63,517 nucleotides of DNA, filler included, from Collodictyon triciliatum (GCA_043381765.1; 19 parts of 19 records of this genome joined end to end with filler, not necessarily neighbours in it), one strand, 5' to 3'; shown: positions 24,552-41,069, counted from the first letter of the whole stretch. A program made the numbers and translations. The notes: a model not told the origin generated them from the sequence alone.

Positions 24552-26221
24552 CTAGAGTGATATCTTGTCGCCGCGAACAAGGCGGCCTTTCCAGCGCCAG
24601 ACATCCTGGAAGGACATGCCTTCGACGCCCTTGCGCGCAGCCATCTCCTCGATCTCCTTGGCGATGGTCTCCTGCGACGTCCCTGTCACTTCCACATACG
24701 CGCACTCGGACGAGGCGTAGTGGCACGAAATCGCCTTGCGGAAACCTTCCGTCTTGTTTGCGCCCGACCCGTGTATCAGAATCGGGTGGAAAAAGACGGT
24801 GTCTCCCGGATTCATTTCCAGATACACACGCCGCGGATCAGCCCCGATGCCCTTGACTCCGTGGTACGCCTTGTTCACGCCTCCTTCCCACTGTGTTGCC
24901 AATCGGAAAAGCAGGATTAGCATCTGGTTTCTCGTCGGGTGGAGGCAATATCTAGGATGTAGAGGAACGGGTGTAGATGTGGCAGCAACAAGGAACGTAG
25001 GGTGGTGGGCTTCTTTGTCCCGATACCTCGGGATAGTCGTGCTCAAGGAGCTCGCCTTTGTGGCTTCCGGGGAGAGCTACCAGGCATCCGTTTTGTCGGT
25101 CGATCCTCTGCGTGGATGAGAAAAATGTTGGTTAAGCATGCGCATGTGTCAGGCCGTTCGCAGGAAGGAAAGGAAAGGAAAGGAAAGGAAAGGAAAGGAA
25201 AGGAAAGGAAAGGAAAGGAAAGGAAAGGAAAGGAAAGGAAAGGAAAGGAAAGGAAAGGAAAGGAAAAAGAAAATACAAAAAGACTAAACATGTTACAAAG
25301 ACAAAATGAGAGTTTGTAATATGGTTTCTTTTTTCTCTTTTGAATGCGTGAGCGTGTAACCTGGAGGGCAGTCCACGAACATACAATCTTGTCTGCAGGG
25401 CGGAATGGGAAGTAATGCAAATCCTGGTGTAGAGGATGGCGAGAAGTTTGTCGGCCGAGATCCTGTAGTGTTTGATGCAATCGATTATGTCTCATAGCTA
25501 ACTTTGTCAGTTTGGCCCGCATAACATTTACAAGCTCTAGAATATTGAAAGAGACAAAAGACGCTTCCGTGAAACGTCTTAAATACGCAGAGTGGGGTCA
25601 AGTGATGAAATAAAAAGAAAGGTAGAAAAAAAATCTGGAAAAAGTGAAGTTGCTAACAAGAAACAAAAACAAAATACATTTATGGCGAGATATGAGTGAT
25701 GTAAGGAAGAAGAGGAAGAAGAAGGAAAAGGAAAAGAGAGAGAGAGAAGGAAGAAACGGGATGGCCGGACAGCTTACTGGGGGCTTGTTGATAAACATGG
25801 TGTGCATGGCCATGACATTTGTGCCAATAAACTCTTCAACGTAGTCCAAGATTTGCGGCAGCTCACAGTAGGAAAAGAGGCCGTCTTCATCCATGAAGTC
25901 TTGGAACTTTGTGATTGCACGCTCAGACTTTTTCTCGACATCCTTCGCAGCCACGTCGCGCATGACTGTCATGGTGGGCGGGCGCTCCACACGGCCTTCC
26001 GAAAGATCCATGAAGCGAAGCGAGTAGAATGCAACCTCCTGCGGCGAAAGCAGATTCGGAATAACAATGAAGCCATTTGTGTGGTAAAAGTCCATTTGCT
26101 CAGCAGAGAGGAGCCTTGCTCGGCCGGCTGCTGGCTTTGAGGCGCGGAGGCGCTCTGTAACATCAAGGTGGAAGTGATCGACTACGCGGCGAACGCGGCT
26201 TTGTGCTCGCTCCAGGGACAT
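24552..26221 (-). CDS. PHYH: Peroxisomal phytanoyl-CoA dioxygenase, complete, 4 exons
   Basis: Exons ~25778-26221, 25360-25462, 25027-25107, 24552-24890: [10 protein letters not shown]...[14 protein letters not shown]...[12 protein letters not shown]...[17 protein letters not shown]...[10 protein letters not shown]-terminal PTS2-like RVRRVVDHF. Confidence 0.96.
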
Positions 26222-26501
26222 TGAAGGGGGATTTGCTTTGGGGTGGAGTGCTTCTCTTCTTCCTTTTCTTTCTGTTCCTGTTTTAAATAGATTATTGTTC
26301 GCTGTTTGCTCATCTTCCTTACTTTTTTTTTTTTTACCTGTGTCAGGATTTACTTTTACATACTAACATGTCAATAATGCCATTTCCATGATGATTTTTA
26401 TACGCCTTCTGGTGTCTTGTATGTTTTGTTTTTGTTTTTGTTTTTGTTTTTGTTTTTGTTTTTGTTTTTGTTTTTGTTTTTGTTTTTGTTTTTGTTTTTG
26501 T

Positions 26502-26532
<31 letters not shown>

Positions 26533-27271
26533 GTTTTGTTTTGTTTTGTTTTGTTTTGTTCTCTCAGTTTGTTGTTGGTTGGCTCTCTTTGCAACTTATC
26601 CCGTTGGATATGCCGTGTCTGGAGGAGGAAGAGTCGCCTGGGTGACTAGTCGCGGTGGCACAGGAGTCAGGCCGGTGTGTCTGGGTGGTGTGATTCTGGA
26701 GGAACAGAAGTTTTCCCACACTGCCCTGTTCGAAGCCCAACCCGGCTCTCTCGACAGATACATATACCCACCGGGCGAATATATATGAATGCTGAGCGGG
26801 TATGAACAAAAATCGAAAACGGAAATATTAAGTGAAAACATAATAAATAATACCAAATTTGTTTCAAGTTTCGTTTGTTGCAGAAGAAAATACTTTTATG
26901 TACTCATTCGGTTTTTTCCATCACCGAATTGCGTCACATCGGGGATATGATGATGCATCACTCGCGTTTGAGTGTTGCTATTTGTGGAATCAGTAGTCAA
27001 AAACAATCACCGACATACTCCTGACGAAGGCCAGTGGGAGTCTGGAGGTTTGTATTGATTTTTTTTTTTATTCAACTCATGCCATACCAACCAGCTGGAT
27101 GTTTGGATTGCTTGAGTCACAGAGACTTCTACGTGGGGCATGTTGCAGGCAGGTTTTGTGTCTTCCATTTTGATTGGCAATACCCATCGATTTTTTTTTA
27201 TTCTTTCAATTTTGTACAGGATGCATCGGGTTGTTCTTTTGGTGCTAGGATATTCGGTTACATTTATTTGC

Positions 27272-27370
<99 letters not shown>

Positions 27371-27470
27371 NNNNNNNNNNNNNNNNNNNNNNNNNNNNNN
27401 NNNNNNNNNNNNNNTTAATTAATTAANNNNNNNNNNNNNNNNNNNNNNNNNNNNNNNNNNNNNNNNNNNN

Positions 27471-27643
27471 CCCTTCTGCTGCAGCCCCGCTGCTCGCTCC
27501 ACCCGTCGCGTCCGGTAGTGCTCGTAGACCACATTCTCGTCGTCAAGTTGAGGCACCTCGCTCTTGTGCGTTTCGCTTGCATTCGCCGCACCTGGGCTCG
27601 GTTTGGTTGCCATTCGTGTGGACTTCGTGCAAAATCAAAGGGA
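27471..27643 (-). mobile_element. LINE 5' end and ORF1 start (copy B)
   Basis: Near-identical to 59055-59181 apart from a 48-nt in-frame indel; encodes MATKPS...PQLDDENVVYEHYRTR. Confidence 0.8.
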
Positions 27644-27959
27644 ACCTTCGTACAGACTCCCAAACGGACTGCTTGTTAGCTCAACGCTCTCACAATAGCA
27701 AAAAACAAAAACAGAAAAAAGAAAATAAAGCCAACTTGTCATACAGCAGGCCAAAAGAACACTCAGAAAACTGGTGGCGAAGGCTCATAACGGACTTAAG
27801 TCTGCAACAGATATCAAAATCATGGTCAATCAATATGTTTCTGCCCAAACCTCAATCGCCAGAAACTTGCGATGTATATTTAGTCTTTCAATTTTCCCTG
27901 ACAGAATTGGTTATGTTTTATGGATGAGCGTTTGAAACATGAGAGTCTGAATGAGGAGC

Positions 27960-29345
27960 CTTTTTTCTTCGGAATTCTTCTGATTAACCGCGCCTGATAG
28001 AAAACACAAGCCGCTACCCGTCGAAGGCTTTGCAAGTTTCAGCCAGTTCTTGTAATTCCAACGCTGGTGCAGTAAACCCCGAGTTGCAAGTCTAGGAAGA
28101 CCCGTGCAAGGAAGCCGCCTGCAAGTCTGTCCGAGCGGACAGTATTTTTGCACGGGGTCGAGCAAGTCGTTTATAATTAGAACAAGACCCGCAGGCTCAC
28201 AGATGCGCTCGCCTCCTCCTTGAAAGCGAACAAACTTTGGGAAGGGTCTATACAATTGCACTTACCTGACAGCGAATGCCTTTGTCTAATTGCCTTCTGC
28301 ACTGCAGAAAACGCCCGAGAGCTTCTAGAGCTGAAGCAGGTAAGTTTGAGTGACATAACAAACAGCTTCAGCAGAAGTAAACCAACAGAGACCTCGGTGA
28401 TTCTCTACCAACTACCGCTGGGCGTGTGGCCGCAACTCATTCGTGAGGAGCTGAAGCCGTTCAGACCGACCCACGTGGACATCAATAAGGACAAAGGCTT
28501 CTTCACAAACACGGCCGTGGTGAAGCTTCTCTTTCACCAAAACCAGCTCCCTGCAAAGTTTACGGTCATGGGTAAAAAGTGTCCAAAGCGTCCTCAAAGA
28601 GCGTCCGCCAATTGCGAACAACGAACGACAAGTAAAAGCCCCACAAAGGAATACAACCACCAAGCAGACAAGCATTGATAAACAATTGGGAACCTCTCAC
28701 AGACGCCAAGAATTTTTTTCATGGGAGTGCGGAGATATGTTCGAAGTTGAAGGGGTGATAAAAAAAAAAATAACAAAAGACATTCAGTTATTGCATACCT
28801 ATAGGGACTTAATAGTTCATTCAATCCTGGATGCTGCACTTGATTCCGTTGTGCACATCTGATATTTTGGTCATTTAGAATCATTTTCCTTTTTGTGACC
28901 TAAAATAAAGCACCAGAAAACACAGACTGCCTACACAACAACTGGCATTATTATCGGAGATTGTTTTACTCATGTGCGGCGAAGACGGAGCCCCTATAAT
29001 GTATATTGGTTTATCGCTCTGCTCTCTTCCACCACCGTTTGTTTCCCCAAACTTTCTTTGTTTTATCAAATTCAAGAATCCTACCCCAGGTCGATGGCTC
29101 AAGATTCTGCACAACCATTTCAAATGAAGTCAAGAGAAGATTACGAGACGAGACTGACAGCTTGGGGGAACCTTGGCGAGTCCTGCAGGAATATGTAGGA
29201 GACTGGTTGGATATAGTACCCAGGGAAAAAATAAAAAGGTTATGTCCTTTAACGCAAGTGGCGTGAATAAGCCATGATTTTTTTTTATTTTTCCTTTCAA
29301 TTTTGTGCAAGATAGATGCGGTTTTGGCTTTGATGTGGAATAAAC
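27960..29345 (+). mobile_element. Decayed, internally deleted LINE (copy D): ORF1 remnant, APE remnant, possible ORF2 C-terminus and 3' UTR
   Basis: 28140-28600 (VFLHGVEQ...LIAFCTAENA...LYQLPLGV...NTAVVKL) aligns by eye with copy A ORF1. Around 28790-28880 are degenerate GLN and SDILVI* APE motifs. Ends near AATAAA at 29338. Confidence 0.6.
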
Positions 29346-30142
29346 CATGATAAAATCAGCATTATACGAGGCGCAGTCTTGGTGTAGCTGATTTATTGCT
29401 TAAAGCATATTTCTGTTCAACCACACGTAAGCCAGGAGGCGCTCGACTCTATCAAGAGAGCAGGATATGTGGGAATGAATGGAAAAGAATGTATGAGGAA
29501 TCTGAACCAAGGCCGAGAGAGCAAGCAACAAAAACGAGTTTGCGCAGCACCAACAGGTTGTTTTTCGTAATTTACATTTATGGAAATGATACAGTATAAA
29601 CATAATAAAGTGACATGCATTCGTATAGACTTCAATAATACCTCAAATCTAACACATAATACACTATGTATGCATAATGATGGAATGTAGCACGCCGCAA
29701 CTTTATCTAATAGCTCTAAGCTGTGAGATGAGATGGCGTTCTATTTTGGAATAAGATGGCGTTCTATTCTTCCAAATCTGGGTATAGACCACACCTTACA
29801 TTTTTCTTCCTTCGAGCCCGCTCTTATCGGTTCCTTTCTGGTTTATTGAAATTGCCAAAAAATAAATAAAAAAAGAATCGCCAAGCGGGATACCTTTGAT
29901 ACGGCCAATAGAAGCGCCACAACAACTCTTTGCGACTCCATTTCTCCAGTTTGCATTAGAGTTATTTATCAGACGAAAGAGTTGGTACTAGACTTCCTCA
30001 TTGTTGTCGTAGTAACAAACAAAAGGAAGATACACCACCGACGCATAAGAGTAGAAAAAAAAACCACGGGGCGAGATAGAACTATAATGCTCCTGCAAGT
30101 AGTTGGTACTTTTTTCGTTGGCGGTGCTGCTCTAACTCTTGG

Positions 30143-30797
30143 GTGAAAATATTCAAGGGCTTTGGTGGGAAAAATAGAAAGAAAATAGAGCACACCCCTC
30201 CTCCTACCCCTCTCGGTCGTCTTCAGATAAAGACACAGTTTTTTTTCCTTTATTCGATCCAAAGAAAAAAAAAAGACACAGAGTTAATTAACTCATGTTC
30301 TGCACTCTCAGGAATATTAAAAGCACAAGCAAGGCCTATTATAAGCTACTCACCGAAGAAGCCTCGTCCGGCCCCCCCTCCGGTACAGCATCCGCCCCCC
30401 CCCCCCCCCCCCCCCCCCGGTCCCCCCCCCCCCCCCCCCCCCCTCCGGGACAGCATCCAGCCCTCCTCCATAACAGCACCAGCCCTCCACCGGGACAGCG
30501 TCCAGCCTTCCACCATATCAGCATCTAGCCTTCCACCAAGACAGCGTCCAGCCCTCCACCAAGACAGCGTCCAGCCCTCCACCAAGACAGCGTCCAGCCC
30601 TCCACCAAGACAGCATCTAGCCCTCCTCTGGGACAGCGTCCAGCCTTCCACCATATCAGCATCTAGCCTTCCACCAAGACAGCGACCAGCCCTCCTCCGG
30701 GACAGCATCAGCTCTCCTCTGGGACAGCGTCCAGCCTTCCACCATATCAGCATCTAGCCTTCCACCAAGACAGCGACCAGTCCTCCTCCATAACAGC
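30143..30797 (+). repeat. Poly-C/Pro-rich stretch followed by a 23-nt minisatellite with 69-nt higher-order period, possibly coding
   Basis: Units such as GGGACAGCGTCCAGCCTTCCACC, ATATCAGCATCTAGCCTTCCACC and AAGACAGCGTCCAGCCCTCCACC from ~30425 to the contig end; translate as the 23-aa repeat RDSVQPSTISASSLPPRQRPALH. Confidence 0.85.
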
Positions 30798-30898
30798 NNN
30801 NNNNNNNNNNNNNNNNNNNNNNNNNNNNNNNNNNNNNNNNNTTAATTAATTAANNNNNNNNNNNNNNNNNNNNNNNNNNNNNNNNNNNNNNNNNNNNG

Positions 30899-31183
<285 letters not shown>

Positions 31184-32593
31184 GCGGATCAGTCTGCCGC
31201 CTAGCCGTCGCTTCAATAAAAACTCTGCTAAACCTGGTCACTCATTTTGCTAAACACCTTGTCCCACTGTCTACTCTGTCACTACCAGAACCAGTGCTTT
31301 GTGTTCATGTGAGGTTGGACTTCCTGCCTGTCGCAGGGCCGCGGTGTCTACGCCGTAGAATTCTCGTGAATCTTGCCGATTTAAGGTGCTGCGCCCTGCG
31401 CCCATTTCCACATATGACTGCTCATTCCATAATTGGAAAATAACTTACTTCCTCGGCCGCAGCGGGCTTTGGGTTTTTTTTTGCTGAAGCGGCGTTCGTT
31501 GAAGCGCAGAAAGGTGGTGTGACAGGGGTTTTGTGTGCGTGGGGTGCGAGCGGAATTGCAGAGTCTCATCAACTTTCTTCTTTCCTCAGTTGTCTCACGA
31601 AGGTCTTTGAGTAAAACACTTGCTCTTGCGGTCACACTCGCCTGTCATACCTTTTTTATGCGGGGAAGATCAAGAATAAGTATTTTTTGAGTCCCTCTTG
31701 CTATTTTTTTTTTTGGGATTGTTATGTCGACTGCACGAGTTGAATAAATATTGCTTTTATTCTTGGTTGCCAGGAATGCTACGCTGCTCGTTTCCTGATT
31801 CCCCGGTCTTCCTCCACAAGAACTTGGTTAGTTTCACGAAATCTGTCACCTACAAAATGAGAAACATTTGCCCCTTATTTGCCTGATGGCCTTCTGGTAT
31901 GCGTTCTGGAATGATTTCAATTATCAGGCTGAAAAAAAGAAAAAAGAAAAAGGAGGCGAAACAGACTCGTAATTATTCATGAAAGACAACCACTCTTTTC
32001 CAAGTTTTCTTTTTAAAAAAGAGGATGAATCTACGAAAAAGAATATGGCTTAAACACGTCGATTACTTTTGTGCCGATATTTTTTTTTCCTTTATTCGAT
32101 TCAAAGTACTTTTGTGCCGATATATTGCATTAAGGTTACCTTTGGTAATTTCTTTTAATATTTATCAATTTCGTTTCGTCTTTACAGTTGGCTGTTTTCT
32201 CGCTTCTCTTGCTAGACAGTGCACTGTTTGTGATTCCATATGGACTCCAAGTTTACAAAGACGGATATGATTTTCTAGCACAGGAAATTGACAGATATGG
32301 ATTCGAATCTTCATTAGTCGATTTATTGGTATGAAGGAAAAGAAGGAATACCTTGTGACACAACCCATCAATTTTGTATTATTTAATTTTTATAATGGAT
32401 GAAGGTCACTGTCATATTGAAAAGTTGTTCTTACTATCCAGGCCAAATATTGATATTTACTCTGCTAGATTCTTTGGGTTATACGTGCCATTGTGTTAAT
32501 ATGGGGTCTTCTGGCCATGACACCGGAATGGAGGCCACATGCTCTTGTAAAATTTTATCCTAAGTAAAATAAAATGCTCAACTTGGTCTTATA

Positions 32594-32705
32594 GTAATGA
32601 ATAATGAATAATGAATAATGAATAATGAATAATGAATAATGAATAATGAATAATGAATAATGAATAATGAATAATGAATAATGAATAATGAATAATGAAT
32701 AATGA
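32594..32705. repeat. (AATGAAT)n microsatellite
   Basis: Directly visible 7-mer array. Confidence 0.95.
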
Positions 32706-34849
32706 ACCAAAGCAAACATCTCCACCATCCTGCACAAAATTGAAAGGAAGAATAAAAAAACAAATCATAATCAATAATCATAATCATAATGAATCTTTCA
32801 TGCTAATGGTTGCCTCTCTTCAAAAGTCCTATCTCCTAGTTTGTTCTATATTATCCGCCATCAAAGCAGGGATTTTCAGTTTTGATGAATGGTTTCTGAT
32901 TATCACATTTAGTAACGAAATCCCTCAGAATAAAAATATCATCTACCTCATAAGTGAAGGGCATAAAGATAATCCGGGAATTCTTTCTTCACTTTAAATC
33001 TTTCACCCCACCGCAGGAGTGATGCGACCGTTGCATATATCTTATTGTGCGAAAGTACTATTATGCCTTTCATGCAATCTATTGCAGTGAAAAAAACTGA
33101 CCCGACAATTATTGTACGAATTATTTTTTAATTTCCGCAATAAAATATATTAGTGTATTATCTATCGATATCTATTTCCTTCTTCTCTTCTATGAGGATT
33201 GTATTTCTCAGCTACAACGAAAAAAGAATGAAACGATAAGCACGACATATATTTTTCTGCATTCAGTTCATAGTGATTTTCCGACTATTTCAGTTTGGCA
33301 TTTGGGCAGATGCGATGATTCTTCACGTAAAAATACTTTAAAAATAGGAGTCAGAGACTATCGCTATTGCCAAACACCCGAATCGTAGCAATAGAGTTCA
33401 TCATAGGTAGAATGGTGCATTTCCGTTTATATACAACATATGGAGCTATGGTCTAATGACATTCATAATTACATTAAAATAAAACGATATCTTTTAGGCC
33501 ATTATGCATATATAGTAGACTCTCACCTTTTTTTTTTAACTTTGCTATCACACTGACGACAGAAAATACCATGAAAGCAGCACAATCAACATTGATGAAG
33601 AACTCTCTGATAGCTTCAGTGAGCATTTTTTCACTCCCTCAGAAGGGAGCCTTGACGAACCGGATACAGATACTGTACGTGATATACGAACAAATTGATG
33701 AGGGAATTATCCTGGAAAATCATCAGTCAAATTTCATGTAGAAGTTGTAATTTTTTTCTTCCAGGTCAGAGCATCACCACCTGAACCTATTTCTCTAGCG
33801 GAACAAGGAATACTGAGAGATTGCAAAAATCTGATATCAAATTGGAAATCTCTGATTGAAGAATCCAAGCTGGCCTTCGCTGATGAGAGACTATTTGCTG
33901 TGAATATAATTTGAGAGAAATCGATTTCATATTTTTTTAATGCCCCTTCTCCCCAACCTTTAAGAGAACTTTTGATCTTTTACTAATACCAGGAGAAAAT
34001 GAATACTCAGACAATTGTACATTTACAGGCTTCATCGATTATCCACAGCTTGATGGCTGCAATAAACACACACAACGAAGAACTTGATTCATGTATGTTG
34101 CCTCTAATCAATATAATTATGGAACCAAAAGAAAAAAAGAAAAAAAGAAAAAAAGAAAAAAAGAAAAAAAGAAAAAAAGAAAAAAAGAAAAAAAGAAAAA
34201 AAGAAAAAAAGAAAAAAAGAAANNNNNNNNNNNNNNNNNNNNNNNNNNNNNNNNNNNNNNNNNNNNTTAATTAATTAANNNNNNNNNNNNNNNNNNNNNN
34301 NNNNNNNNNNNNNNNNNNNNNNTGTTTTGTTTTGTTTTGTTTTGTTTTGTTTTGTTTTGTTTTGTTTTGTTTTGTTTTGTTTTGTTTTGTTTTGTTTTGT
34401 TTTGTTTTGTTTTGTTTGTTGCTTATCATAAAAAAAAGGTCACCGTATTTTTTTGTTTTCAAATAATCCGCAAGGTAGATTAGTTTTTTCAGCTGACTAC
34501 CACGGGTGATTTACCAGGTTCGTTGGGGCACTTGCTTTTGGCGAGCTTAAATCTGTTTATGTATACATCAATTTCAACATTTCATACTTTTTTTTTAAAA
34601 AAAAATAATAATAAAAAGGGAGAAAAGGATTTAACAAGAATGTTGCTGGGTTTAATTATGCAACTATAATTGAATGTAAATGATGAATCATACGAAGGTC
34701 ATGTGGATGTTCAGTAACCGCATTGACCTACAAAGGTAAGTCTATCTTTAATAACTAGCCCTTATTTTTTCTTTTTCTTTTTCTTTTAAAAAAATAAGAT
34801 AAAATATTTTCAATCAAGAGACCAAATAGCGTATATCTTACTTGTATAG

Positions 34850-37476
34850 ATACTGCACTTGTGCTTGCGACACTGCCTGCATGGTCTGGGGTGCTTGGTG
34901 TTTGCGTGTTAATGAATGTTCTTGCCTATCGTAAAAAATCTAGTAAGCCTTCTGCTTGTGGCATTCCATTCATTTCCACAGCGATGAGTTGATATTTTGG
35001 ATTAGAAAAATATTTAAATAAGCGAATAGAATTCAAAATCAAAAGGTACATACATCACGGAGCCATGGGTGTTTAATAACCGCTGATGCAGATAAACGAT
35101 TCTTTGGGAGATATGCTAATGTGCCTTCCAATAGCTCTTGTGCAGGCTTTGGTAAGAAAGGGGGCATCTCAAATTTTCCGCTGCACAGCTGGATAATTAA
35201 CAGAATTATATTTAATAAAAAGAAGAAATAGATGTGTAAAAACATAAAAGTAGTAGTTTCAACGAAGAGAAAAGGGTGATAATAAAATATAGTTTCGATT
35301 AGAGTTTTTGCTTGTGCATAATTTGGTTACTTTAGCTTTGTATCTCGTTTGAACTTCGTCGTAAAAGGGCAGTCTTGTCTATGAATGGTTGGTCATTTAA
35401 TNNNNNNNNNNNNNNNNNNNNNNNNNNNNNNNNNNNNNNNNNNNNNNNNNNNNNNNNNNNNNNNNNNNNNNNNNNNNNNNNNNNNNNNNNNNNNNNNNNN
35501 NNNNNNNNNNNNNNNNNNNNNNNNNNNNNNNNNNNNNNNNNNNNNNNNNNNNNNNNNNNNNNNNNNNNNNNNNNNNNNNNNNNNNNNNNNNNNNNNNNNN
35601 NNNNNNNNNNNNNNNNNNNNNNNNNNNNNNNNNNNNNNNNNNNNNNNNNNNNNNNNNNNNNNNNNNNNNNNNNNNNNNNNNNNNNNNNNNNNNNNNNNNN
35701 NNNNNNNNNNNNNNNNNNNNNNNNNNNNNNNNNNNNNNNNNNNNNNNNNNNNNNNNNNNNNNNNNNNNNNNNNNNNNNNNNNNNNNNNNNNNNNNNNNNN
35801 NNNNNNNNNNNNNNNNNNNNNNNNNNNNNNNNNNNNNNNNNNNNNNNNNNNNNNNNNNNNNNNNNNNNNNNNNNNNNNNNNNNNNNNNNNNNNNNNNNNN
35901 NNNNNNNNNNNNNNNNNNNNNNNNNNNNNNNNNNNNNNNNNNNNNNNNNNNNNNNNNNNNNNNNNNNNNNNNNNNNNNNNNNNNNNNNNGTTTGTTCTTT
36001 TTCTTAATCTGAGTAAAATTGAATACCCGCAACAGGTCGATAAAAGATGTCCAGGTCTCATCTCGCAAGCGAAGCCAAAGTCAGCAAGCACAACACGAAC
36101 AGACGCAGAAGTTGGCGGTAACGATGAGCCGGGTAGAGATTTTTGTATCAATATGTTTTCTGGCTTTAAATCTCGGTGGCTAAAAAAAAAATAATCATAT
36201 AATTATGTTGCCGAAAGAAATTCAAGATACAAATGATCGACTGAACAAGAGGGAAAATGAGAAGCAGCGTGCTAATGTGGTATCAATTGGTTCTCTGAAT
36301 TTCTTACCACATGTTCCTTGCGTGGCAGTAATCAACAGCAAGCATCAACTGATAAAAGATGTCCTTTGCCAAAGACTGTTCTAATAGCTCGCCTTGGTTC
36401 AGGATGTCGTAAAGGTCACCATCAGGCATGTACTCCAGGATGATGAATCTAAAAATATATATGAATGAATAAAGAAACAAAGAAATAAAGAAATAAAGAA
36501 ATAAAAATAAAAAGAGCACATAGATGATACAGGAAGGAGGAAATGACAATTTTTTTATTCGAAAGAGTGTCTGAGCAATACAAAGCCAATTATTTAATCC
36601 ATATACTAAGGTAAAATAGAACGAAATTGTGTCGGAAGTTAACTTGTTTAATAAATTTGAATCATAATGTGAAGAAAATAAAAATATACAGAAAGCTTTC
36701 ATCCTCTGCCTTGCCCAGAAAGTTGATGATGTTGGGGTGCTTCATTTCTGAAAGGTACTGTATCTCCATCATACAATGTCCCTTCAGTTTTGGATCACGA
36801 GTCAGATCACGTTTGGATATGACTTTGACTGCTGCGCGGTGGTGTGTCTCTTTGTGCTCCCCAATCCGTACGACTCCTGATGTAACAGAAGAATATATAG
36901 AGAGCGTCAGTTTGGGGCTAAGAAGTCGACTAATGGCTGCTCGAAGATAGTGAGGAGTCAGATTTTCTTTTCTTCTTTTCATGTATCTTCTTTTCATGTA
37001 TGTTCATTTCTTTTTCTTCACTTCTTTTTCTTCATTTCTTTTTCTTCATTTCTTTTTCCTTCTCTTCTTTTCATTCTTTTCTTTTTCCTTCTCTTCTTTT
37101 CATTTATCTTCATTTATCTTCTTTTCTTTTTCTTCATTTGTTTTTGTTTTTTCTTTTTTCTTTTTTCTTCTGAGACTGAATTGACAAAAACACACTCTTT
37201 CTGAGTTTGTAGTGTTGGTGCTTTTGTTTTCTTATCTATTACAGACAGACTTAAAGACCTGTGCATATGTGAAACTGAGCACTGTAACAGGCTCGAACAG
37301 AAAAGGGGCGTGAAGGAAAAGAGAGAAAAAGAAACCCAAGGGAAAAAGAGAGGAAATGATGAGGAAAGAAAAAGAAGAGAAACTCCACCTGTTCGCCCAG
37401 AACCGACTGTTTTTGATAGCGTGTATGAGCCTGCTTCGTGCGCGTTTTCATGATCAGCCGCTCGCGTAGGATTCAT
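34850..37476 (-). CDS. CAMK-group (AMPK/BRSK/Nim1-like) Ser/Thr kinase, interrupted by an assembly gap
   Basis: MNPT...YTLSKTVGSGRTG-VVRIGEH...AAVKVI...HPNIINF-FIILEYMPDGDLY...AVDYCH-HRDLKPENIL...LADFGFA...LSTCCG-(gap)-LPFYDE-GKFEMPPFL...NRLSASAVIKHPWL. Confidence 0.92.
35402..35989. other. Internal scaffold gap (588 N)
   Basis: N run without the TTAATTAATTAA linker; falls where the kinase APE/subdomain IX exons are expected. Confidence 0.97.
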
Positions 37477-37746
37477 GGCTTCAGAAGTACCCGACGGTTT
37501 TCGGCCCTGTGAGCAGTGAAAAAACACACTATCTTCTTTTTATTATTATTTTATTATTTCATTATTATTTTATTTTATTTTATTTTATTTTATTTTATTT
37601 TATTTTATTTTATTTTATTTTATTTTATTTTATTTTATTTTATTTTNNNNNNNNNNNNNNNNNNNNNNNNNNNNNNNNNNNNNNNNNNNNTTAATTAATT
37701 AANNNNNNNNNNNNNNNNNNNNNNNNNNNNNNNNNNNNNNNNNNNN

Positions 37747-37810
<64 letters not shown>

Positions 37811-37897
37811 AAAAAACAAAAAACCCCCAAAAAAAAAAAAAAAAAAACAAACAAAAACAAAAGACAAAAACCAAACTTTTAAAACGTGTTTGTAGAA

Positions 37898-40916
<3,019 letters not shown>

Positions 40917-40994
40917 AATAACTGACATCGCATTCAATGCGTATTCACACACAGCTCAGTCCTTGTGACGAGTAATACTTAAAGCCTGGGAGTG

Positions 40995-41069
<75 letters not shown>

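Noticed and set aside
26560-27260. Possible exons here and at 29400-29555, 31770-32520, 33530-33985, 47580-47695 and 63200-63420
   Set aside because: Splice-like signals are present, but I could not build a consistent frame or recognise a family, so they are not called.
28260-28270. ACTTACCTG, the U1 snRNA 5' motif
   Set aside because: Lies inside the ORF1 reading frame; no U1 stem-loops or Sm site follow.
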